A DNA stretch of 64,000 nt from an uncultured Planctomycetota bacterium (GCA_963737655.1 CAVTTN010000002.1:6848001-6912000); one strand, 5' to 3'. Numbered from the stretch's first letter, positions 51,895 through 62,187 are shown. Translations and numbers: made by a program. The notes: generated by a model from the sequence alone, not told the origin.

Positions 51895-52677
51895 TCAGGT
51901 GAAGGTCTCGGCCAGGCCGAGCAGGGGGACGCCCCCGGCTTCGAGCACTTCCTGGGCCCGGATCAGGGCACGTTCGGGCGTGAGGGCCTTGTGATGGACG
52001 AGCACGGCCGCGTCGACCGAGCGATGGAGGACCGCCGCGCTCAGGCCCGCGAACAGGGGGCTGCCGTCGATCAGGACGAGGTCGAACTCGCGGCGGACCC
52101 GGGCCATCACGGACGTCCAGCCGGGCGACGCGAGGAACTCGCGAGGGCGGGCGACGGCGGCCCGGAGCGGCAGGAGGGTCAAATGGTCGTCGGGCGCGTC
52201 GATCAGGGCGTCGGCCGGCGAGAGCTCGCGGTCGATCACGTCGTCCAGGCCGAGGGTCGGCTTCAGGCCGAGCGATCGCGCGATCATCGGGCCGCCGAGG
52301 TCGCCATCGACGAGCAGGGTCCGGCCCGGCCGGCGGGCCAGGGCCCGGGCCAGGGTCAGGACCAGGGTCGTCCGGCCTTCGGCCCGGTGGCAGCTGGTGA
52401 AGAGGAGGACCTTGAGGTTGCGGCGGTCCCGGGCTTCGATCAGCGCCTCGGCCATCGCCGCGAACCGGGCCGAGTGGGCCTTTTCGAGGGCGCGGACCGT
52501 CTCGGGCCAGAGCAGCGAGACCTCGGGCGCCGGAGAGGCCGCCTCGAACGCGAAGTGGGGGCCGGAGAGCGTGGAGGCCGAGGAGGACGAGGGCAGGGGA
52601 GGGGCCGGCGGCGTGTCCTGGTCTCGGTCACGCCTCGGCCCGTAGATCCGGGCCAGGGCCCGGTCAACGTCCCGCAT
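51895..52677 (-). CDS. CpsD/CapB-like BY-kinase domain protein (degenerate Walker A)
   Basis: TSCHRAEGRTT, LLVDGD, FDLVLIDGSP; no Tyr cluster. Confidence 0.8.
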   Translation of the reverse strand: MRDVDRALARIYGPRRDRDQDTPPAPPLPSSSSASTLSGPHFAFEAASPAPEVSLLWPETVRALEKAHSARFAAMAEALIEARDRRNLKVLLFTSCHRAEGRTTLVLTLARALARRPGRTLLVDGDLGGPMIARSLGLKPTLGLDDVIDRELSPADALIDAPDDHLTLLPLRAAVARPREFLASPGWTSVMARVRREFDLVLIDGSPLFAGLSAAVLHRSVDAAVLVHHKALTPERALIRAQEVLEAGGVPLLGLAETFT

Positions 52678-53086
52678 GACTCGCCTCCTCCCCGGCCGGT
52701 TCGGGGATAATCTGGCCGGTGGGGACGACCAGGGGGCCTTCCTCCAGGGTCGTCGTGGGCGGCTCGGACGAGAGCCAGGCCCGGGGGGCGTCGTCCGTGG
52801 GGACGGCCGAAGCCACGGCCGGAATGGCCACCATCGGCCGGGCCGAGGCGGAGGGCTCGGGGCCGAACCGTCCGAAGGCGAGCAGGGCGAACGACATCGG
52901 CAAGGCGAACGCCAGGGCCGTGCCCGCCACGCGCACCTCCCGGCGGAGCCGGCGACGCCCGCGACGAGGCGAGCGAGGGGCCGTCATTCGAGAGATCGCC
53001 GGCACCTGGATCAGGACCGGGCCGAGCGATCGAGCCGACCTCGGGGCCGTCGAGGGCCCCGGCAGCAGACCGGTATGGGGTGTCAT
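52664..53086 (-). CDS. Small single-TM hypothetical protein
   Basis: Arg-rich segment followed by a TM helix; overlaps the next gene's start. Confidence 0.55.
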   Translation of the reverse strand: MTPHTGLLPGPSTAPRSARSLGPVLIQVPAISRMTAPRSPRRGRRRLRREVRVAGTALAFALPMSFALLAFGRFGPEPSASARPMVAIPAVASAVPTDDAPRAWLSSEPPTTTLEEGPLVVPTGQIIPEPAGEEASHAGR

Positions 53087-53436
53087 GATCTCTGTCCCGG
53101 AGCGAGCGAGGACCGCGAGGGGTCGAATCGGAGGAGGGCGATCGGGTGGACTCGTCCCGAGATTCCGTCCAGTCAGACTGGCGAAGCTGGGTCGAATGTC
53201 CCGTCACCTAGAGGATCGTCCGGCGGACTCGGGAAACTTGAACGGCCATTCCGGAAATGCGCATTCCGAAGACCGGGCAAGACGGAGGGCCTCGGACCCC
53301 GGGGCGATCGGGCCGAATCCCCGGCTCGACCGGACGCACCGGACCCCTCCGGCCCGAGTCCCGAGGGAGCGGGAGGGCCGGAGGGGTCGCGGAGCCTGGA
53401 GCGGGAGGGGGGGAGGCGCCCCGTCTGGCGAACGAA

Positions 53437-55017
53437 TCAGCGGCTGAACATTCCTCGGAAGAACCCGGTCCGACGAGGGGCCACCGAGCCGTCGGTCGCG
53501 GTCGTCTCGCCGCCGGAGTTCCGGCCGAAGGCGAACCGCCGGCCGAGCGCACCGGCGCCGGACTCATAATTGCCGACCGGGCGGAAGGTCGGCGGGGCGC
53601 CGGCCAGGCGGCCCGAATAGGTCCCGCCGTTGGCGGCGTCCAGGGCCCGGACGTTGGACTCGGTGACCAGCGGGTTGTGGCCCGACCAGCGGCTGGAGGC
53701 GACCTCCATCATGTTCAGGGGGGCGAAGACCGCCTCACCGCCGACGGAGATCCAGTCGCAGTTGGCCGCCTGGGCCTCGTCCACCTTGCCGTCGAGGCCG
53801 TACACCAGCGTGTACTCGTAGGTGTTGATCCGCGGCTTGTTGTCGCTGTTGTTGAGGTTCGAGCCCGAGTTGGCGACGAGCTCGACCTCCAGGCGGACGG
53901 CGCGGTCCCCCTTGCCCGGGATGGCGTGGAACTTGGCAGTATACTTGCCGACGCCGTGGTTCCAGACCTCGTTGGACTTGCCGTTGGGCGGGAAGGCGCG
54001 GAGGTTGCCCAGGAGCGCCTCGTGGCGGCCCCGGAGGTGGGTCTCCAGCATGGCGTGGAACCGGGGGACGAACTGGTCGCACGAGTCATAGCCGGGGCGA
54101 GGGGGGCCCGGGGGGATGTTGTTGGCGTTGTCGCCGATGGTGTGGTTGAAGTGGTTCTCGCCGAGCTCGGCCCACAGGGCCTTGAGCTCGTCCTGGGTCA
54201 GGCCGGAGCCGGGCATGGGCCGGGGCTCGTTCAGCTTGATCGAGGCGATCGCGCCGCCGAGGCAGTGGCCGGGCCACCGCTGGATGTCCTTGTTCTGGCT
54301 GAAGGCGGCCTCGTGGCCCCGGGCGCCGGCGCCGAAGATCTGGTCGTACTTGAGCAGGGGAGACGGGGTCTGATACAGGGTGCCGTCGGCCCCCCGGAAG
54401 GTCAGGTCGTCATAGAGGTTGGGGAACCAGGTGGAATCGTCGCCCGGGGCCACGGCGGTCTCCAGGAGGCCGTTGGCGCCGGGCAAGATGATGTCCTGCC
54501 CCGGGGCGATGTAGGAGCCCAGGGGGACGACCTGGACGTCGTCGCTGTTGATATTGGCCTGGGTGTCCACCCGGGCGTTGCCGTTGGCCCAGGGTTCGTG
54601 GATCGAGTCCCCCTTGGTGGGCCAGTAATAGAAGTTCCAGGGCATCCGGCTGGCCTGGCCGACCTGGACGAACGTGGTCTCGACCGAATAGGGCTGTTCG
54701 GCCTCGGTCCCCTTGACCAGGAAGGTGTACCATCCGAACTGGTTGTCTCCGACTTCCTCGCCATTACGGCGGGGCTTGCCGTCGGGCCCGGTCAAGGCTT
54801 CGACGGAGCCGGCCGTGGCCTTGACGGTCAGGACCCCGCCGAACCTGGTGGGGACGTACACGCCATAGGCGCGATCCCCCGTCTGGTCCGCGAGCGTGCC
54901 TCCGAGGGGGACCGGCCGCACCCGCTCGGCGGCGGCGGCTCCCTCCGTGGTCGTCGCGGTAACCGCGGCGGCGATGGCCAGGACCATCCAACCGCCGAGC
55001 CTGTTGCCGATACGCAT
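53437..55017 (-). CDS. Secreted protein with a transglutaminase-elicitor (GP42-like) catalytic domain
   Basis: Signal peptide; PWNFYYWP, SPLLKYD, WPGHCLGGAIASI, EVWNHGV..Y and YEYTL in the family order. Confidence 0.65.
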   Translation of the reverse strand: MRIGNRLGGWMVLAIAAAVTATTTEGAAAAERVRPVPLGGTLADQTGDRAYGVYVPTRFGGVLTVKATAGSVEALTGPDGKPRRNGEEVGDNQFGWYTFLVKGTEAEQPYSVETTFVQVGQASRMPWNFYYWPTKGDSIHEPWANGNARVDTQANINSDDVQVVPLGSYIAPGQDIILPGANGLLETAVAPGDDSTWFPNLYDDLTFRGADGTLYQTPSPLLKYDQIFGAGARGHEAAFSQNKDIQRWPGHCLGGAIASIKLNEPRPMPGSGLTQDELKALWAELGENHFNHTIGDNANNIPPGPPRPGYDSCDQFVPRFHAMLETHLRGRHEALLGNLRAFPPNGKSNEVWNHGVGKYTAKFHAIPGKGDRAVRLEVELVANSGSNLNNSDNKPRINTYEYTLVYGLDGKVDEAQAANCDWISVGGEAVFAPLNMMEVASSRWSGHNPLVTESNVRALDAANGGTYSGRLAGAPPTFRPVGNYESGAGALGRRFAFGRNSGGETTATDGSVAPRRTGFFRGMFSR

Positions 55018-55600
55018 GCTGCCTCCCAATTGACCGGTAATCATTCCGCCGGGTCGTCTGCTTGGTCTGACCTAGCTCGCGGCCCCGGCCGGGGCGCCAC
55101 CCTGCCATCCCCGGCGTCGGGGCCCACCCTCGCGATGTTGCCCAGAGAGGTTCGGCTCGCCGGGGGGGGAGGGATGGACCGAAAATCGCCCGTCTGCTTG
55201 ACCAGATTACGGCGACCCGTCAAACCCCCTAGAGTTCGCCAAGGCGGCATCTCCTCGAAATTATCGGCTGGAGGTGAGCGCCACGGGGCCGGGAGCCGAT
55301 GAATAGCCTGGCCACCCCCAGGGTGCGGAACCACGGATGGCTTCCAAGGGCCTGACGATGGTCTCCGCGTTCGCTCCGAGGCCAGCGTGCAGCCCCCGTC
55401 GCGGTGCGGGGGTTCGCGGGGCGGTCCCGTGCGAGCCGAAAGGTCTCGCGGGGGATGCCCTCGACAGGAGCGGAGGCAGGGGACGGCGGACCTCCCCCGA
55501 GAGTCCCCGGACGTGCCGGCCCTGGCTCGGGTTCGTCGGCTCCGCATCGAGAGACGTCGACCGGATTCCCACCCATAATTCCTCTTCGAGGATGTTCGCG

Positions 55601-55936
55601 ATGACCAGCACTCTGCTGATGATGGCCGCTGCTAGCCTGGGCCTGGGTCACCACAACACGGCGACCTATGCCACCGGCCAGTGCCCGCCGGTCCCCTCCA
55701 AGGTGGCCCCCGCCCCCCAGGCCCCGAGCAAGGTGATGCCGGCCCCCCAGGCGCCGAGCAAGGCCTGCCCGGCCCCCGTGGCCCCGAGCAAGGCCTGCCC
55801 GGCCCCCGTGGCCCCGGCCAAGGTCATGCCGGCCCCCCAGGCCCCGGCCAAGTCGTTCCCGGCCGCCCCGGCCAAGTCGTTCCCGGCCCCGGCCCCGGCC
55901 CCCCAGGCGCCCGCGAAGGCCGCCCCCCAGTGGTAA
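55601..55936 (+). CDS. Small secreted Pro/Ala/Lys repeat protein
   Basis: Hydrophobic leader, then about seven 10-aa units (P-S/A-K-x-x-PAP-Q/V-A) encoded by 30-bp repeats. Confidence 0.7.
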   Translation: MTSTLLMMAAASLGLGHHNTATYATGQCPPVPSKVAPAPQAPSKVMPAPQAPSKACPAPVAPSKACPAPVAPAKVMPAPQAPAKSFPAAPAKSFPAPAPAPQAPAKAAPQW

Positions 55937-55955
55937 TCTGAGTCGGACCGGGGAC

Positions 55956-55981
55956 GCGGATCGGGCTTCGGTCCGATCCGC
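55956..55981. terminator. Stable hairpin between convergent genes
   Basis: GCGGATCGGGC-TTCG-GTCCGATCCGC (cUUCGg loop); no U-tract. Confidence 0.4.
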
Positions 55982-56059
55982 AATTCCCGCGCCCGATCGC
56001 CCCAAGGCGGGTCGCCCCGGAGACGGGTCGGCCCGCCTCGCGGCGTTTTCCTCCCGCGA

Positions 56060-56983
56060 TCACAACACCGGTTGCGTTCCCCGGTCCGACTTCACCTGCT
56101 CGATCATCTGAGCCACCGCCGACGGACCCGGACCGATCACCGGCTTCAGACCCCGTCGCCTCGCCAGCCCTTGATAGTTCACCAGGCTCCGGCCTCCGAC
56201 GAACACCGGCGCACCGTGAACCTTCCCCAGCTCGTCGAACCTCTTGTTGATGTTCCTCGACAGGGCGAACGAGATGCAGACCGCGTCGGGCCGGATGGCC
56301 TCCACGGCCTTCTGGATCTCCCGCGTCGGCAAGTCCACGCCGAGCGAGATCGCCCGCCAGCCCGCCGTCTCCAGGAGCAGGCAGAGCATCAGCACGCCCC
56401 CCTCGTGCCTGTCCCCCTGGACCGTGCCCACCAGCACCGAGCCGGTCGGGGAGGCGTTGACCCGTTGCGCCTCGTCCACCAGGATCTGGAGCTTCCTCCT
56501 CAGGAAGTTCGAGATGAAATGCTCCTGGTAGATCTCGCAATCGCCCCGGAACCACCGCTCGCCCGCCTCGACCAGCCCGGGCTCGATCACTCGTCGGACG
56601 CAATCGACCGGGGCCAGGCCCTGGGTGGCCCGGCGGTATTCCTCCTCGGCGGCCGGGAGGTCTCCCTCGCCCAGCCGATCGAGCAGGCCCGACGACGCGA
56701 ACCCCGACCCGACCGGCTCGGCCGGGGCGACCTCCAGGTCGAGCGTCCCGTCGCGGACCCGGGCCATCAGGTCCCCGATCGTGGCCCCCTCGCGGATCTC
56801 CCGGGACACCGCCACCAGGATCCGCACCGTGTCCGACCCGTAGCGACGGTGCCCCGAGGCCGACCTCTCCGGTCGGGGAAAGCCGTATCGCCTCTCCCAG
56901 ACCCGGAGCGCATGGCAGCCGATGCCGGTCAATTTCGACACGGCCGCGATCGAATACTCCGCCGCCTTCTCGCGATCCGACAT
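56060..56983 (-). CDS. MerR-family regulator with B12-binding domain (CarH/LitR-like)
   Basis: LRVWERRYG.P.P.R...GHRRY; W-x9-EH (WFRGDCEIYQEH); DRHEGG...LG. Confidence 0.88.
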   Translation of the reverse strand: MSDREKAAEYSIAAVSKLTGIGCHALRVWERRYGFPRPERSASGHRRYGSDTVRILVAVSREIREGATIGDLMARVRDGTLDLEVAPAEPVGSGFASSGLLDRLGEGDLPAAEEEYRRATQGLAPVDCVRRVIEPGLVEAGERWFRGDCEIYQEHFISNFLRRKLQILVDEAQRVNASPTGSVLVGTVQGDRHEGGVLMLCLLLETAGWRAISLGVDLPTREIQKAVEAIRPDAVCISFALSRNINKRFDELGKVHGAPVFVGGRSLVNYQGLARRRGLKPVIGPGPSAVAQMIEQVKSDRGTQPVL

Positions 56984-57069
56984 GACGACACCCCGAGAGG
57001 CGATCGCCCCGCGCTCGGACTTCTGACCCCGCGACGATCATCGCAATCCGAACTCCGCAATACCAGCGG

Positions 57070-57693
57070 TCACCCCGGCGAGTTCGGGAAATCAACGTTC
57101 GCCGATCGACGGAAGAATCGCACCGCGATCCGCCCGCCGATCACCGCCAGGACCAGGGCCGCCAGGCTCTGCCCGATGTTCTGGAACGGCACCCGGGTCG
57201 TCGGGGCCGTCGGCAGCGGACCCGAGAAGACGACCATTGCCCCGCCCATGGGATTCGGGTCGAGGAGATGGTTGCGGACGTCCAACGGCTCGCCGGTCCC
57301 GGCCTGGGCCGAGTTGATCCTGGCGATCACCGCCTCGTAGGGGGTCGCCAGTACGCTCGTCTGGGGCAGGGGGGGCTGCGGGTGGAGCGTGTCGTGGAGG
57401 AACCCCAGCGCCTCGGTCGTCACCAGCCTCGGCCCCACGTTCTCGGCGAACCACGGCCCGGACGTCAACGCCAGGTATCCTCCGCCGAAGATCGCGAATC
57501 CGCCCCAGAACGCCCGGGATTCCCCCCTCAAGAAGAGGGCGCCGAGGATCGCCAGGCCCAGGACCGCCAGCGTCAGGCTCAACACCGCCGAATCCCAGAG
57601 CGGGGACGCCCCCCGGAGCGCCGCGATCCCCACTCCGCAGAACAACACCCCCGCCATCAAGCCGGCGATCGTCGGACGATGCCTCGTCTTCAT
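57070..57693 (-). CDS. Membrane hypothetical protein (paralog of the next gene)
   Basis: TIAGLM leader, RAFWGGFAIFGGGYL, FQNIGQSL. Confidence 0.75.
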   Translation of the reverse strand: MKTRHRPTIAGLMAGVLFCGVGIAALRGASPLWDSAVLSLTLAVLGLAILGALFLRGESRAFWGGFAIFGGGYLALTSGPWFAENVGPRLVTTEALGFLHDTLHPQPPLPQTSVLATPYEAVIARINSAQAGTGEPLDVRNHLLDPNPMGGAMVVFSGPLPTAPTTRVPFQNIGQSLAALVLAVIGGRIAVRFFRRSANVDFPNSPG

Positions 57694-57704
57694 GGGACGT
57701 CCTT

Positions 57705-58310
57705 TCAAGAGGAGAGCCGCGAGGCCACGAGCCCACCGATCAGAGCCAGAAGAATCGCGGTCATCCCGTGACCAATCCGGTCGAAGCTCTGGCGATCCGG
57801 CCCCAGCAGGGCCGCGGGCCGACGGATCAAGAGGCTGTACAGGTCGTTCGCGCGGGAGACGCTTCGGCCTTCGACCACAAAAATATCGGGGAGCTCGGCC
57901 CGGAGTTCATCCCGTTGGCTGTTCTCGAGACGGACCATCGGCCCGGACCAGGAACGCACTCCGTCGAGGCGAAGGTCGTATTCGAACTCCTCGGGCTCGG
58001 GATGAATCCACCGCCAGGCCCGTTCGATCAGGATCGAGCTCAGGAGCCGGGGCCTGACCGACGCGGCGATCGGTGGGATCTCGACGAGGACCAGGTATCC
58101 CCCGCCGAACATCAGGAATCCCGCCCAGAACGCTCGGAGGCGCCCTCGGGCGAAGATCGTTCCCAGAAGGGCCACGCCCAGGACGGCCATCAGCGCGGAG
58201 AACACCGCGCCAGCCCAGGCCGGAGAGCCCGCCCGGATCGCCGCCGCGCCGACCCCCGCCAGCGCGACCAGCCCCATCAACCCGCCGATCGTCGCCCGGG
58301 ACGCCCTCAT
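57705..58310 (-). CDS. Membrane hypothetical protein
   Basis: TIGGLM leader, RAFWAGFLMFGGGYL, FDRIGHGM. Confidence 0.75.
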   Translation of the reverse strand: MRASRATIGGLMGLVALAGVGAAAIRAGSPAWAGAVFSALMAVLGVALLGTIFARGRLRAFWAGFLMFGGGYLVLVEIPPIAASVRPRLLSSILIERAWRWIHPEPEEFEYDLRLDGVRSWSGPMVRLENSQRDELRAELPDIFVVEGRSVSRANDLYSLLIRRPAALLGPDRQSFDRIGHGMTAILLALIGGLVASRLSS

Positions 58311-58463
58311 GACCCGACCCTCCGGGGAGGTTCGATGGTTCCCCTCGATGATAGAATTCGGAGGACTCGGCCGGAAGGGTCGGCCCTCTTTATCGGGCCA
58401 TTTCCGGTCGGTTAGGATCGAGCTGAGGCGACCAGACGCCCTCCCGAGACCCCTCGCGCCGCC

Positions 58464-59090
58464 ATGACCGACGCTTCGCCCGACGAAACGCCCGAGCTCG
58501 CCGTGACCGACCCCGAGATGAGGCAACTCCTCGGGATGTTCGACGCCCCGGCGTTCGCCCGGAGGGGCCAGGACCTGGAATTCGCCCTCGAAGGGCTGGC
58601 GGGCCGGTGCCTCCGAGAGCGATCGGCCATGCTGGAGATGGTCCGGCTCCGTCTCCGCCAGTGGGCCGCGCTGGCGACCGGATTCGAGGACCATCGCGAC
58701 GTCTTCGAGGCCCCGATCCTCGACCTCTGGAAGGCCGCCGGCGCCGACCCTCCGAACTGGGCCGCGACACCCGGCGCAGCTCGCCGCCGCCGCTCCTCCG
58801 CGCGCGACCTGACGGCCAGCGTCGAGCGGTTCAATCGGCGATGGGCCAGCTTCCTCGCCGCCCTGGACCTCGGGCCGATCAATCGCGCGATTGACCGGTA
58901 TAATCGGTATTATCTGCTCGAAAAAGAATGCCGGTTCGCGTCGGCGAGGGCCGCCGCGCGGGGGTTCCGGCCCAGGGCCTCGTTGACGACCGAGGGCCTG
59001 CTCGACGATCATCCGTTACTGCCCGTTCTCGAACCTCCCCTTGATCCCCCGGGACGCCCGGGCCCTTCCTCGACGCGGAGGCCGCCGTGA
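58464..59090 (+). CDS. Hypothetical protein
   Basis: Protein-like composition (YNRYYLLEKEC); translationally coupled to the next gene. Confidence 0.7.
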   Translation: MTDASPDETPELAVTDPEMRQLLGMFDAPAFARRGQDLEFALEGLAGRCLRERSAMLEMVRLRLRQWAALATGFEDHRDVFEAPILDLWKAAGADPPNWAATPGAARRRRSSARDLTASVERFNRRWASFLAALDLGPINRAIDRYNRYYLLEKECRFASARAAARGFRPRASLTTEGLLDDHPLLPVLEPPLDPPGRPGPSSTRRPP

Positions 59091-60574
59091 TTCGCTCGTT
59101 CCTCGCCCCGATCGGCCTCCTCACGGTCGCGAGCTCCGCCCTCGCCGCCGGCTTCCCCGGGTTCGAGGTCACCTACGACGCGAAGGTCCACCCCGGCCCG
59201 ATCTCGGCCAGGGTCTACGTGATGCTCGGCCCCGCGGAGGGCCTCGGCGAGCCGAGGAACGGCCCCGACTGGTTCAACCCCCAGCCGTTCTTCGCGGTCG
59301 AGGCCAGGGACTGGAAGCCGGGCGAGCCGCTGAAAGTCGGCCGGGACGCCGCCGGTTTCCCCGGGCCTCTGGACTCGCTCAAGCCCGGCGACTACCGGGC
59401 CCAGGCCGTCGTCCGGCTCAATCCCGACACCCACGCCCTCGGCGACGGCGCCGGCAACGCCTACGGACCCGCGGTGAAGGTGGCTATTGGCCCGGATGTC
59501 GCCGAGCCGGCGAAGTTGACGATCGAGAAGGTCGTCCCGCGCCGACCCTTCAAGGAAACCGAGCTCGTCAAGCTGGTGGACATCCCCAGCCCGATGCTCT
59601 CGGAGGCGCTGAAGAGGCCGATCCGCCACCGGGCCGCGGTGATCCTGCCGGAGGGCCTCAAGCCCGGGCAGAAGGTGCCGACGGTCTACATCATCCCCGG
59701 GTTCGGCGGGGATCATTTCATGTATGGCATGTTCACCCGGCCGGGCCGAGGCGCCTACGCCAGGGACATGATCCGGGTGGTCCTGGACCCGGACTGCGGG
59801 ACCGGCCATCACGTCTTCGCCGACTCGGAGTCCAACGGCCCGAGGGGCCGCGCCCTGATCGAGGAGCTGATCCCGCACATCGAGGCGACCTATCCGGCGA
59901 TCGCCGAGCCCGGGGCGAGGCTCCTGAACGGCCATTCCTCGGGCGGCTGGAGCAGCCTGTGGCTCCAGGTCACCTACCCGGACTTCTTCGGGGGGACGTG
60001 GTCCACCAGCCCCGACCCGGTCACCTTCGCCGACTTCCAGCGGATCGACCTGTACGCCCCGGGCGAAAACATGTTCAAGGACCCGCAAGGGGAGCGTCGG
60101 CCGATCGCCCGGAGGGGGACGCGGCCGTTCCTGTTCGTCGATCGATTCTCGCAGATGGAGGACGTGATCGGCGACGGAGGCCAGCTCCGCTCCTTCGAGG
60201 CGGTGTTCAGCCCGCTCGGGCCCGACGGCCGACCGAGGCCGCTGTACGACCGGAAGACCGGGGCCGTGGATGCCGAGGTGGCCCGGGCGTGGATGAAGTA
60301 CGACATCCTCCGAACGCTCGTGGCGCGATGCCGGACCCTGCCGCCGAGGCTCCGGGGGAAGCTGCACGTCTACACCGGCGAGATCGACACATTCTATCTC
60401 GAAGGCGCGGTCAAGCAATTGAGGGACGCGCTGGCCCCTCTCTATCCCGACGCGGCGATCGAGATCCTCCCGGGCAAGGACCACAGCACGATCCTCGACG
60501 CGAAGATGGCCGAGAGGATCGACCGCGAGATGAAGGCCGCCACGCAGAAGTATCGCGACGACGCGGCTCGCTGA
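59087..60574 (+). CDS. Secreted esterase-family alpha/beta hydrolase
   Basis: Signal peptide, ELIPHIE..Y, GHSSGG, GKDH. Confidence 0.85.
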   Translation: MIRSFLAPIGLLTVASSALAAGFPGFEVTYDAKVHPGPISARVYVMLGPAEGLGEPRNGPDWFNPQPFFAVEARDWKPGEPLKVGRDAAGFPGPLDSLKPGDYRAQAVVRLNPDTHALGDGAGNAYGPAVKVAIGPDVAEPAKLTIEKVVPRRPFKETELVKLVDIPSPMLSEALKRPIRHRAAVILPEGLKPGQKVPTVYIIPGFGGDHFMYGMFTRPGRGAYARDMIRVVLDPDCGTGHHVFADSESNGPRGRALIEELIPHIEATYPAIAEPGARLLNGHSSGGWSSLWLQVTYPDFFGGTWSTSPDPVTFADFQRIDLYAPGENMFKDPQGERRPIARRGTRPFLFVDRFSQMEDVIGDGGQLRSFEAVFSPLGPDGRPRPLYDRKTGAVDAEVARAWMKYDILRTLVARCRTLPPRLRGKLHVYTGEIDTFYLEGAVKQLRDALAPLYPDAAIEILPGKDHSTILDAKMAERIDREMKAATQKYRDDAAR

Positions 60575-60873
60575 GCGCGGCCCGGGGTCGGCCCGTCGCG
60601 GCCCGCGGCGGGCGCATCGCGGTTGCCCCCTGCTTCTGCCCCCCGCCGACGGCCCTCGGCGGTTTGGCCATTTGACGCCGGGGCATCGCGGGCCTATTTC
60701 CCCAGCAGGGGGATGGGTCGAGGAGGTGGGCACCTCGGGTCGCGAGGAGGCCGGCTCCGCGCCCGGGCCGGGGCCTCCTCGCGAGGCCCTCCGCCCCTTC
60801 ACTTGACCCGGATGGGATGTGCCCCCGCGTCCCGGCCGCCTCGCCGTCGCCCGGCCGATTCAGGAGGGTCCGC

Positions 60874-62187
60874 ATGCTCGCGCCTCGTCGGAAGAATCGT
60901 CAGTCTCGCCCCTCGATCGAGGGCCTGGAGGACCGGAAGCTCCTCTATGCCACGCTCGGGGCCCAGTGGACTTATGGAAGCCGGATCACGTATAGCTTCG
61001 TCCCGGACGGCACGAATATCGGCGGGACGCCGAGCAACCTGTACGGGGCGATGGCCAACCTGGGGATCAGCCAGTCCACCTGGCAGCAGCAGTTCCAGCG
61101 CGCCGCGGCCGTCTGGCAGCAGTTGACCAACATCAACCTCGCCCAGGTCTCCGACAATGGCGCGGCGTACGGGTCCACGGGCGACCAGCAGGACGACCCG
61201 AACTTCGGCGACATCCGCATCGGCGGCACGGCCCTTTCGCCCAGCATCCTGGCCAGTTGCTTCCTGCCGCCGCCGGACAACGGCGGGTCGCTGGCCGGGG
61301 ACGTGGTGATCAACACCAACCAGCCGTTCCGGATCAACAGCAACTACGACCTGGAGACGGTGGCGATCCACGAGATCGGCCACGCCCTGGGCATGGACCA
61401 CTCGGCCATCTCCTCGGCGATCATGTACGCCTACTACACCGGCGTGAAGCAGTCGCTGACCCCCGACGACACGGCGGGCATCCAGTCGATCTACGGCAAC
61501 CGCCAGCCCGACGCCTTCGACGCCGGGATGGGCAACAACTCGTATGTCACGGCCACGAACCTCGACCCCTACGTCAACTCGATGGGCCAGGTCGCGCTCT
61601 CGGGCCTGGACATCACCACCAACCAGGACTGCGACTGGTTCGCGGTGACGGTCCCCTCGGGGACGACCGGCTCCATGACCGTCACGGAGCAGTCGTCGAA
61701 CCTGAGCTCGCTGAACCCGAAGTTCTTCGTGTACAACGCGGCGTTGCAGTCGGTGGGCTCGGCCGCGGCGGCCTCGACGGCCTACGGGGCGACGATCTCG
61801 ACGACGATCACCGGGGTCGTCCCGGGCCAGAGGTACTACATCAAGGCGATGGCCGGGGTCAGCGGGCCGGCGGGCACGGGGGCCTACGGCCTCCAGGTGA
61901 ACTTCGGGTCGGGCGCGATGAACCCGATCGACCCGCCGAACACGGTCGTGGCCGCGAAGCCGGACTCCGGGGGAGGGTCGCTCCCGGATCAGACCCACGG
62001 CCCCACCAACCCCCACGTCCCCCCTGGCCTGATTTCCATCGGCAACCTGAACGCCCCGGGCGACGATCTGACGGTCCGCCACCAGGGCCACGGCCTCGGG
62101 GCGCCATCGCCGACGGCCGGCCACCCCTCGGGCCACCATCCCCACCACGTCCACGACGCCGCCCTGGCCGCGTGGCGAGGGCGATAG
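60874..62187 (+). CDS. Matrixin (M10) metalloprotease with planctomycete leader
   Basis: EGLEDRKLL leader; HEIGHALGMDHS...IM (metzincin motif plus Met-turn); PPC-like C-terminal domain. Confidence 0.9.
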   Translation: MLAPRRKNRQSRPSIEGLEDRKLLYATLGAQWTYGSRITYSFVPDGTNIGGTPSNLYGAMANLGISQSTWQQQFQRAAAVWQQLTNINLAQVSDNGAAYGSTGDQQDDPNFGDIRIGGTALSPSILASCFLPPPDNGGSLAGDVVINTNQPFRINSNYDLETVAIHEIGHALGMDHSAISSAIMYAYYTGVKQSLTPDDTAGIQSIYGNRQPDAFDAGMGNNSYVTATNLDPYVNSMGQVALSGLDITTNQDCDWFAVTVPSGTTGSMTVTEQSSNLSSLNPKFFVYNAALQSVGSAAAASTAYGATISTTITGVVPGQRYYIKAMAGVSGPAGTGAYGLQVNFGSGAMNPIDPPNTVVAAKPDSGGGSLPDQTHGPTNPHVPPGLISIGNLNAPGDDLTVRHQGHGLGAPSPTAGHPSGHHPHHVHDAALAAWRGR

